Positions 1-5,955 of a DNA stretch of 64,000 nucleotides are shown here, piece after piece. The DNA is from a virus: IMG/VR virus record IMGVR_UViG_3300045988_103180. One strand, written 5' to 3'. The stretch's first letter is position 1. Each line of letters begins with the position of its first letter. The position numbers and the translations under genes are program-made. Under the pieces are notes generated by a model, which was given only the letters and a program-made list of their open reading frames with translations, ran no database searches and was not told where the DNA came from.

Positions 1-32
1 AAGGAACAAAAGAATTAAAAGGAGAATGGTAA

Positions 33-452
33 ATGGCAGAATCTTATGGTTTAAACTTTAATTTAGCTATGACTACAAATGAGGATGGTGTTGTAGACCT
101 AGGTGTACATGTAACCGATTCTGACGGTCTTGACCTAGACCATAAAGCTAGTGGCAAAGATGCTATGAAGGTTATTGATGAGCTAACTAGTACTCTTACG
201 CGCGAGCTTATGATTGTATCTGATGACCGCAAGCAGAAGAAGGATAAGGAACAGGCTAAAAAGATTAAGAAGGAGCGCGAAGAGCGTGCGGCTAAGCTAG
301 CTGATCTCAAGTCTCAGGCTGAGAAAATCAAGAAGCAGATTGAGGAAATCGAAAAGGACACTAAGGATGCAAAGACTGTCCGCACAAGCCGTCCTTCCTA
401 TGAGTCTCTTCTTGACCAGGATTTTGCTCGTCTACTAAAGCTATTTAGTTAA
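33..452 (+). CDS. hypothetical early protein, K/E-rich coiled-coil C-terminal half
   Basis: 139-aa ORF; AAAGGAG SD about 8 nt before ATG; antisense ORF 44..310 is not protein-like. Confidence 0.7.
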   Translation: MAESYGLNFNLAMTTNEDGVVDLGVHVTDSDGLDLDHKASGKDAMKVIDELTSTLTRELMIVSDDRKQKKDKEQAKKIKKEREERAAKLADLKSQAEKIKKQIEEIEKDTKDAKTVRTSRPSYESLLDQDFARLLKLFS

Positions 453-461
453 AAAAAGTTC

Positions 462-490
462 TTGCCAAGAGCTTTAAGAAGTTATATAAT
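462..490 (+). promoter_or_regulatory. early-class sigma70-type promoter
   Basis: aaaaagttcTTGCCA-17-TATAATata. Confidence 0.7.
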
Positions 491-517
491 ATAGTTAAAG
501 AAAGAGAGGAAGGTATC

Positions 518-868
518 ATGGATTTGTTTGTCAAAGATAAATATTACAATATTGACTCGAAGCGCGACTTGGACGTTTGCTTGAAAGAGAACGGCTTCAA
601 TTATGATGAACTTGAGAATGTGATACTTTCCTATCATGCGGCAGATTATGCGCATGGCGTTGAAGGTCTAATTGGCGATGATTTATACGAGACACAGCAC
701 GCTATCAACTCTGAGTTGAGTGACTTGGAAAACGAGATTAAGAATCTTAATGGTCGTTCGTGCAAGAATAACACTCGTGCGGATATTGCGAATCGACTTA
801 GTGATATTTACGCCAATCTTATGGACTTAAACCTTTCCTGCCAAGTATATGACAGGGATACGCTGTAA
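518..868 (+). CDS. hypothetical early protein
   Basis: 116-aa ORF behind promoter 462..490 and purine-rich SD (agagaggaagg). Confidence 0.7.
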   Translation: MDLFVKDKYYNIDSKRDLDVCLKENGFNYDELENVILSYHAADYAHGVEGLIGDDLYETQHAINSELSDLENEIKNLNGRSCKNNTRADIANRLSDIYANLMDLNLSCQVYDRDTL

Positions 869-878
869 GGAGCTTTTT

Positions 879-1412
879 ATGGGACAAGACATTCATGTTT
901 ATCTTGCTCGCAAGACTAGCGAGTATGCACAGAAGAATGGATGCGAAGAGTATTATCCGGTAGAGTTATTTTCTAAGTATTATAACAATGATGATGATAG
1001 TGTCGTGTATGAATATGCCCAGCCATACAATGGTCGCAATTATGAGCTGTTTTCTTGGCTCATGGATGGCAATGGTCGTGTATATGTAGATGAATCTGCT
1101 TGCCCCGTTGGTCTGTATTTTGACTATGATGGTCTTGTGCCGCAAAAGATTCTTAAAGAATGGGAAGACTGGGAAGAGGGCGGCGCATATGGATATAATG
1201 CTGTTATGCTCTCTGATATTATCAATCATTATAATGCAATTAGTTCTACTAAGTATGCGGTCGATGATATGCTTGGAAGTCATTCCTCTAACAATGAGCT
1301 TAAAGATAGTATCGGTGATTTCATCGAAGACATCAAGCGTTATTGTAGCATTGAAGGAGCATATTATCTAACTCCGCAGGATATTCTTGTTGTCTATTGG
1401 TTTGATAATTAA
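879..1412 (+). CDS. hypothetical early protein
   Basis: ORF 849..1412 trimmed to ATG 879 behind TAAGGAG; internal alternative-frame ORFs rejected. Confidence 0.7.
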   Translation: MGQDIHVYLARKTSEYAQKNGCEEYYPVELFSKYYNNDDDSVVYEYAQPYNGRNYELFSWLMDGNGRVYVDESACPVGLYFDYDGLVPQKILKEWEDWEEGGAYGYNAVMLSDIINHYNAISSTKYAVDDMLGSHSSNNELKDSIGDFIEDIKRYCSIEGAYYLTPQDILVVYWFDN

Positions 1413-1421
1413 AAAAAGTTC

Positions 1422-1451
1422 TTGACAGACTTTATATCAATATGATATAAT
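1422..1451 (+). promoter_or_regulatory. early-class promoter (drives tRNA-Thr/Gln unit)
   Basis: aaaaagttcTTGACA-18-TATAAT. Confidence 0.65.
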
Positions 1452-1585
1452 ATTTTTAGTTACAAAATAAAAGTTCTGGACAAAAAGTTATAATTTTTGT
1501 TGCGCAACTTTTATATTGTAATAGTGGTGTTAGAGCCTGCAAGATTTCTAGAGTATTGCAGGCTCATTTTCTTTTAACATTCTGA

Positions 1586-1658
1586 GCTGCCGTAGCTCAA
1601 CTGGCAGAGCAGCTGATTTGTAATCAGCAGGTTGTAGATTCGATTTCTATCGGCAGCT
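1586..1658 (+). tRNA. tRNA-Thr (UGU)
   Basis: Cloverleaf GCTGCCG/CGGCAGC, D GCTC..GAGC, anticodon loop TTTGTAA, T arm GTAGA-TTCGATT-TCTAT. Confidence 0.85.
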
Positions 1659-1775
1659 CAGAGTGCTAATCTTAGACACTCTCCAAGTGGTAGTAGACCG
1701 AGCTTTGAACTCGCCTGTACTACCCCAAGTCAATTTTAGCGGTTTGGACAGTCGCTATATAAATTTGTCCATTTT

Positions 1776-1848
1776 TGGCTCTTCTTCTAACGGAATAGGA
1801 AAGTGCGCTCTGACCGCATTAATGAAAGTTCGAGTCTTTCAGAGCCAG
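1776..1848 (+). tRNA. tRNA-Gln (CUG)
   Basis: Acceptor TGGCTCT/AGAGCCA (U1-A72), anticodon arm GTGCG-CTCTGAC-CGCAT, T arm GAAAG-TTCGAGT-CTTTC. Confidence 0.75.
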
Positions 1849-1866
1849 CCTAGTTAAAAAAATTAC

Positions 1867-1895
1867 TTGACAAATACCAAGTAATTTTATATAAT
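1867..1895 (+). promoter_or_regulatory. early-class promoter (drives permuted tRNA-like RNA 1)
   Basis: TTGACA-17-TATAATata. Confidence 0.7.
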
Positions 1896-1902
1896 ATAGT
1901 TA

Positions 1903-2370
1903 ACAAATCGTGATGGTGAAGGTTCAGGTTCGACTCCTGCCGCTGTCCGACAAGGACGGCGTAGTTTCAATTGGTGAGAATAGCACCTAGCGATTGTGTT
2001 ATATCCAATGCTTGGGGAGAGGTTATCGCTGCAAGGTAAATGTCTCCCGACTTCTATAATCTTTTGCAGGGATTATAGATTAAAGGGTTGGCGGTTTTCC
2101 CAGTTTGAAACCGTCCACGTGATTATATTATCTTGCTTGCAAGATTTTATATATGCCGGCTCTGTAGCCGTAGACAATGCGGGCCAGCGCATACTTGAAA
2201 AGAAGCGCCTAGGGGAAGAGGAATCTGGTATATTTTGGTAGTTTTCAAACCTCTGCAGATGTGAAAACTACTACTTTAATTGCGGGTGGGAGGTCAGTAT
2301 CTCACGGAGTCTCATAAGCTCTGTTAAGTTTCGGCAGCAGAAACACCTCGCGACCAATTTTTGTTATAAA
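1903..2370 (+). ncRNA. ORF-free structured transcript starting with a circularly permuted, loop-capped tRNA-like module (1906..1995)
   Basis: Begins just after promoter 1867..1895. Order is T arm, acceptor hairpin with GACAA loop, D arm. Followed by a series of 7-11 bp hairpins up to the next promoter. Only ORF present (1996..2241) lacks an SD. Confidence 0.6.
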
Positions 2371-2377
2371 AAATTAT

Positions 2378-2407
2378 TTGACAAATAGTTGAATAATTTG
2401 ATATAAT
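2378..2407 (+). promoter_or_regulatory. early-class promoter
   Basis: TTGACA-18-TATAATata. Confidence 0.65.
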
Positions 2408-2569
2408 ATATCTAGAAGGAAAGGGAAAAAGGATAGTCAACAGTACCGTCAACAAACCAGTGACCCTGCGGCTTATTGCCAACACCCAGAAGTGTAATGC
2501 TTAGTACGCTGTTAGGTTTGACCATTTGTTTTCTTCTAGTGTAGTAAACCAAGAGAAAGGTAAGAAAGT

Positions 2570-2710
2570 ATGGCACAGTCAATCGAGACGATGGAACAGC
2601 GTTATCAGATGCTACTTAACCGCAAAGGTAAGAACTCAGAAAATGTAGGCATCATGCGCAAGCTACGCCGCAAGATTAACAAGGCAAAGCAGGGTGTCAT
2701 TCTTTCCTAA
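2570..2710 (+). CDS. small basic protein (46 aa)
   Basis: Hand-translated MAQSIETMEQ...; preceded by the conserved leader aaccaagagaaagg; below ORF-track cutoff. Confidence 0.5.
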   Translation: MAQSIETMEQRYQMLLNRKGKNSENVGIMRKLRRKINKAKQGVILS

Positions 2711-2725
2711 TTAAGTTTATTTATT

Positions 2726-2821
2726 ATGCGTGATGAGGGTTCAGTTACTTCGTGAAGATTTTATGGGATATTTTAAATGCGGTACGCTGCATTTGTTAGT
2801 CTGACCCCAATTTTTCCGCAT
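2726..2821 (+). ncRNA. R-family structured RNA element, copy R0
   Basis: P1 ATGCG/CGCAT, TGATGAG, P2 GGGTTCAG/CTGACCC, loop starts TTACTTC, 3' tract ATTTTTC. Confidence 0.5.
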
Positions 2822-2829
2822 ATTTTTTC

Positions 2830-2862
2830 TTGACTTCTGGTCTATGTATATTATGATATAAT
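2830..2862 (+). promoter_or_regulatory. early-class promoter (irregular spacing)
   Basis: tttttcTTGACT ... TATAATata; -35/-10 spacing looks too long, so the true -35 is uncertain. Confidence 0.45.
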
Positions 2863-2893
2863 ATACATAGACCAAGAGAGAAAGAGGTTTGTT

Positions 2894-3049
2894 ATGAAGC
2901 AGTTCGTCATTTGTCGTGAAAAGACCTGCGGTATCTATTCAATTCGTGTCAACACTGATTGTTCTACTGTTCGTTTTGAGATAATCAAAGATTTCGACAC
3001 GTTTGAAGATGCAGACAACTACCTTCATAATATTCTTCTATATAAGTAA
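2894..3049 (+). CDS. small protein (51 aa)
   Basis: Hand-translated MKQFVICREK...; leader accaagagagaaagagg plus promoter 2830..2862. Confidence 0.5.
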   Translation: MKQFVICREKTCGIYSIRVNTDCSTVRFEIIKDFDTFEDADNYLHNILLYK

Positions 3050-3059
3050 TTCATTCTAT

Positions 3060-3128
3060 TGGAGTGTAATTCAGTTGGTAGAATGTTGTTAACTCAACGT
3101 GTCGCAGGTTCGAGTCCTGTCACTTCAA
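3060..3128 (+). tRNA. tRNA-like gene with non-canonical anticodon arm (identity undetermined)
   Basis: Normal acceptor, D (ATTC..GAAT) and T (GCAGG-TTCGAGT-CCTGT) arms, but anticodon arm is GTTG-TTAACT-CAAC (4 bp, 6-nt loop); 69 nt. Confidence 0.5.
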
Positions 3129-3157
3129 TAGAACAAAACGTGGCTTATCTACCCTGC

Positions 3158-3229
3158 TGGAGTGTAGCTCAATGGTAGAGCCTGCGGCTGTTAACCGCAT
3201 TGTTGTAGGTTCGAGTCCTACCATTCCAG
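3158..3229 (+). tRNA. tRNA-Asn (GUU)
   Basis: TGGAGTG/CATTCCA, D GCTC..GAGC, TGCGG-CTGTTAA-CCGCA, GTAGG-TTCGAGT-CCTAC. Confidence 0.85.
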
Positions 3230-3280
3230 CAGAGTAGATAGCTACTCAATTTATCCAAAAGTAGAAAAGGAGCTTTGTAA

Positions 3281-3727
3281 ATGTCGTATCCTTATAAGGA
3301 TGAAGTATTGGCAACTAAATATGCTTATATTCCCGATGATGCGGCCAATGCTCCCGCTCGCAAAAAGAAAAAGACAGTGAAGAAAGCCAATCATAAGCAC
3401 GCTTACGATAAGAGTATTGTTATCAATTACTTTGATAAGTACGCTGGCACATGGACTTATGCCTATAGGAATGTTTGTACTATTTGCGGTCGTATCGGTG
3501 ATTTTGTTGATAATGAGGGAATTATCAAAAAGACTTTCCCGCATGTCAAGCCTAGCTGGTTTGGTTTTGCTGTTTCTTTTGGATATAACGATGAATTTGC
3601 TGAATTTACCGAGTGGTCAAAGACTTGGTATCCTCTGATTATTTGGAAAGACTATCAGCCTTTGGATGACAAGTTTATTCCAGACGAGTTTTTTGATATG
3701 CTTGGGATTCAGAAACAAACCAATTAA
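3281..3727 (+). CDS. hypothetical protein
   Basis: 148-aa ORF; AAAAGGAG SD; sits between two tRNA pairs. Confidence 0.7.
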   Translation: MSYPYKDEVLATKYAYIPDDAANAPARKKKKTVKKANHKHAYDKSIVINYFDKYAGTWTYAYRNVCTICGRIGDFVDNEGIIKKTFPHVKPSWFGFAVSFGYNDEFAEFTEWSKTWYPLIIWKDYQPLDDKFIPDEFFDMLGIQKQTN

Positions 3728-3731
3728 AGAT

Positions 3732-3825
3732 GCGCCGGCACTCCGATTGGCCTTGAGAGCGGGGACTCAAAATCCTTTGGCGGTAACCATTCCGCATGTC
3801 GGTCCGAATCCGACCCGGCGTACCA
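3732..3825 (+). tRNA. tRNA-Leu (CAA), type II, CCA encoded
   Basis: GCGCCGG/CCGGCGT, anticodon loop CTCAAAA, long variable arm GCGG..CCGC, GTCGG-TCCGAAT-CCGAC, ACCA. Confidence 0.8.
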
Positions 3826-3827
3826 TT

Positions 3828-3912
3828 GCCGCAGTATTCCTTTAAAGACGAGGGGAAGACTGTAAATCTTCTGTCTATGACTGGCTAGGAGCGTTACCTA
3901 GATGCGGCACCA
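3828..3912 (+). tRNA. tRNA-Tyr (GUA)-like, type II, CCA encoded, atypical T-loop
   Basis: GAAGA-CTGTAAA-TCTTC anticodon arm, 13-nt variable arm; T arm CTAGG-AGCGTTA-CCTAG lacks TTC; 7:66 mismatch. Confidence 0.6.
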
Positions 3913-3923
3913 ATGTTTATTAA

Positions 3924-3993
3924 ATGCGTGATTAAGATTCAGTTACTTCGTATGGGCTTATGTATTGTAACACTGAATCTAACTTTTCCGCAT
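3924..3993 (+). ncRNA. R-family element, copy R1
   Basis: P1 ATGCG/CGCAT, TGATTA, P2 AGATTCAGT/ACTGAATCT, TACTTCG loop start, CTTTTC. Confidence 0.5.
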
Positions 3994-4009
3994 TTATTTG
4001 TTTACCATA

Positions 4010-4113
4010 ATGCGTGATAATAAATCAGTTACTTCATTCTGGAAAAATGCGCTTGCAGGTTCGACTCCTGCTCTGTATCGGTATACATTTTACTGATTTA
4101 GCCTTTTCCGCAT
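4010..4113 (+). ncRNA. R-family element, copy R2 (carries an inserted T-arm GCAGG-TTCGACT-CCTGC)
   Basis: P1 ATGCG/CGCAT, TGATAAT, P2 AAATCAGT/ACTGATTT, TACTTCA, CCTTTTC. Confidence 0.5.
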
Positions 4114-4130
4114 TTACTTTATTAAAGTAG

Positions 4131-4212
4131 GCGATACGTGATAACGTTTCAGATACTTCAAATCTCCATTCTGAGCTGATTACTCAAACTGAAACACCTA
4201 TTTCCGTATCGC
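4131..4212 (+). ncRNA. R-family element, copy R3
   Basis: P1 GCGATACG/CGTATCGC, TGATAAC, P2 GTTTCAG/CTGAAAC, ATACTTCA, CTATTTC. Confidence 0.45.
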
Positions 4213-4223
4213 TTTCTCTTGTG

Positions 4224-4333
4224 CGGCAAGTGATTAGTAAAGAGTTACTTCGTTATATGATATGTTTAAATAAGAGCAACTTTCACTAGAAAGAGGCAAC
4301 CCCACCTATACTCTTTACACTTTTTCCTTACCG
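4224..4333 (+). ncRNA. R-family element, copy R4
   Basis: P1 CGGCAAG/CTTACCG (1 mismatch), TGATTAG, P2 TAAAGAGT/ACTCTTTA, TACTTCG, CTTTTTC. Confidence 0.4.
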
Positions 4334-4387
4334 TTATTTGTAAACCCCTTTCTCGCCTATATAGTGTGCGAGCTATATAGACACAAA

Positions 4388-4464
4388 TGTGCGTGATTAT
4401 TATTCAGTTACTTCATATAGCAATTTTTATGACCATCCAACACTGAATAAACTTTTTCCGCACA
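4388..4464 (+). ncRNA. R-family element, copy R5
   Basis: P1 TGTGCG/CGCACA, TGATTAT, P2 TATTCAGT/ACTGAATA, TACTTCA, CTTTTTC. Confidence 0.5.
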
Positions 4465-4477
4465 CATTGATATTTTA

Positions 4478-4505
4478 TAGGGACTCTTTTGAGTCCCTAT
4501 TTTTT
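4478..4505 (+). terminator. rho-independent terminator
   Basis: TAGGGACTC-TTTT-GAGTCCCTA + T-run. Confidence 0.75.
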
Positions 4506-4506
4506 G

Positions 4507-4536
4507 TTGACTATTGGCTATATATTATGCTATAAT
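4507..4536 (+). promoter_or_regulatory. early-class promoter
   Basis: TTGACT-18-TATAATata. Confidence 0.65.
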
Positions 4537-4563
4537 ATATTTAAGAAATCGAAAGGAGATTCA

Positions 4564-5100
4564 ATGAGCATCTTTGTAGTCAGTGACACTCATTTTTCGC
4601 ATCAGAATATTATCAATTATTGTGAGAAGTCGCGTGCTTTTAATACGGTTGATGACATGAACGAAGACATCATCGAAAGGTGGAATTCCGTTGTATCTCC
4701 TGATGATACTATCTATCATCTTGGTGATTGCTTCATGGGACCGCTTGAGACTGTAGCTAAATATGGTTCTCATCTCAATGGAAAGGTTCATGTGATTCCC
4801 GGCAATCATGATACCAAGAAACGCATTGCTGAAATGGAAAAGCTCGGCTGGATTATTGAAAACAAGGTATCTTGTCTTGATTACAATGATGTCAGTTTCA
4901 TTATGATTCACGAGCGCCCCGAGGAAATGCGTGGAGACAGCGCCAATGTCATTCTATACGGTCATGTTCATGATGCGGCTCCCAAGGGCCTTGTTGATTG
5001 GACATATCATGTAGGTGTTGACACTAATAATCTTACTCCTGTTAATATTCATGACATTTGGCTCGATGTCCAGCAGAAGAAGATTGAGCTTGGAGAGTAA
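4564..5100 (+). CDS. calcineurin-like metallophosphoesterase
   Basis: Motifs SDTHF (DxH), LGDCF (GD), PGNHD (GNHD), YGHVH (GHxH); ORF trimmed to ATG 4564 behind AAAGGAG. Confidence 0.85.
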   Translation: MSIFVVSDTHFSHQNIINYCEKSRAFNTVDDMNEDIIERWNSVVSPDDTIYHLGDCFMGPLETVAKYGSHLNGKVHVIPGNHDTKKRIAEMEKLGWIIENKVSCLDYNDVSFIMIHERPEEMRGDSANVILYGHVHDAAPKGLVDWTYHVGVDTNNLTPVNIHDIWLDVQQKKIELGE

Positions 5101-5101
5101 A

Positions 5102-5296
5102 ATGGAAGTCAAGCATAAGGTCCAGCGTATCTGCGGCAATTGCAGATTTTACAAAAATTGCAGTTGCTATCGCTTTCCTCCAAATGTAATTATTGACCCA
5201 ACAGATTATAATATCTATACAGTACATCCTTCACCGCAAAGTGGAGATAGGTGCGGTGAATGGGCAATTCATCCTAAATTGGAGAAATATGAGTGA
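5102..5296 (+). CDS. small Cys-rich protein (CGNC motif)
   Basis: ORF 5015..5296 trimmed to ATG 5102 next to upstream stop; CGNCRFYKNCSC motif, paralog-like to 5631..5804. Confidence 0.55.
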   Translation: MEVKHKVQRICGNCRFYKNCSCYRFPPNVIIDPTDYNIYTVHPSPQSGDRCGEWAIHPKLEKYE

Positions 5297-5561
5297 AATG
5301 TGTAGTATGCACCTTAATAAAATGACTGCTATGATTCTTGATTTCATTGTGTACCTTAGTCAGCAGAAAGATATTGAGAAGATTGTAGATAAACTTAAAA
5401 AGGTTGACCGTGCTGTTTTCCATGACCTTGTTGTAAATGCTATGGAAAAGAATCCTTCTCATACTAGCACTTATTGTGCTGAGCAGTTATGGAACATGGC
5501 TCCACTTACATCTTTAGCTCTCTTGGATTGGCTTAATAATTTCAACGAATTTTATGCCTAA
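5289..5561 (+). CDS. hypothetical protein
   Basis: ORF 5193..5561 trimmed to ATG 5289 behind GGAGAAAT; overlaps upstream stop. Confidence 0.55.
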   Translation: MSEMCSMHLNKMTAMILDFIVYLSQQKDIEKIVDKLKKVDRAVFHDLVVNAMEKNPSHTSTYCAEQLWNMAPLTSLALLDWLNNFNEFYA

Positions 5562-5568
5562 TTTTTTC

Positions 5569-5598
5569 TTGACTTTTGGTTAAAAGATATGCTATAAT
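5569..5598 (+). promoter_or_regulatory. early-class promoter
   Basis: tttttcTTGACT-18-TATAATata plus conserved leader. Confidence 0.7.
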
Positions 5599-5630
5599 AT
5601 AGTTAAAGAAACCAAGAGAAAGAAGAAATA

Positions 5631-5804
5631 ATGGTTGAAGCGACTAATATATGCGGTAATTGCAAATATTATGAGTCTACAGACCTTTGGTATCTAGGCA
5701 TTTGCCGCAAGCATTTAATTGATGACGAACCTGACAAGGTATGCGTTAATGATTGGATGTGCAATGATGGAGAGTATGACGAAGAGGAATACAATGGAGA
5801 TTAG
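5631..5804 (+). CDS. small Cys-rich protein (CGNC motif, 57 aa)
   Basis: Hand-translated MVEATNICGNCKYYES...; conserved promoter/leader 5569..5630. Confidence 0.5.
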   Translation: MVEATNICGNCKYYESTDLWYLGICRKHLIDDEPDKVCVNDWMCNDGEYDEEEYNGD

Positions 5805-5955
5805 TAAATCTGACCGTGACACATACTTTGACCTGCTTTATGATATGTACGATGCCGACTTGGTTGATGTTGCTTTAGAGACTCTTGGCGAGAATGAGCT
5901 GCTTGATGGCATTCCTGCTATGCTTAAAGACTATTATTTTGACGAAGATTGCTAA
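5794..5955 (+). CDS. small acidic protein (53 aa)
   Basis: ORF 5719..5955 trimmed to ATG 5794; stop abuts the next start codon. Confidence 0.45.
   Translation: MEISKSDRDTYFDLLYDMYDADLVDVALETLGENELLDGIPAMLKDYYFDEDC

Noticed and set aside
1921-1950. tRNA 3'-end fragments as phage attP sites (also 7023..7047 and 8653..8676)
   Set aside because: Each fragment is followed by its own complementary 5' acceptor strand and a D arm, and sits right after a promoter. No integrase is present in the window.
1906-1995. Two-piece or permuted tmRNA as an explanation for the permuted tRNA-like modules (also 6999..7102)
   Set aside because: The acceptor helices lack the universal G3:U70 alanine identity pair. 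No CCA follows the 3' strand, because it is capped by GACAA. No tag-peptide reading frame with a resume codon was found downstream.
2282-2352. Extra tRNA-Met/Ile (CAU) gene
   Set aside because: The anticodon arm (GGAGT-CTCATAA-GCTCT) and a T-like arm exist. However, the acceptor needs a bulge or two mismatches, the T-loop is GGCAGCA, and only one nucleotide separates the acceptor from a 3-bp D stem. It is reported only as a degenerate tRNA-like fold within the 1903..2370 RNA.
3924-4464. CRISPR array, solitary CRISPR-repeat mimics, or a type III toxin-antitoxin RNA repeat array
   Set aside because: The repeat units are 70-110 nt and irregularly spaced. They are conserved in structure rather than sequence. 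No fixed-length spacers and no adjacent cas or ToxN-like gene are present.
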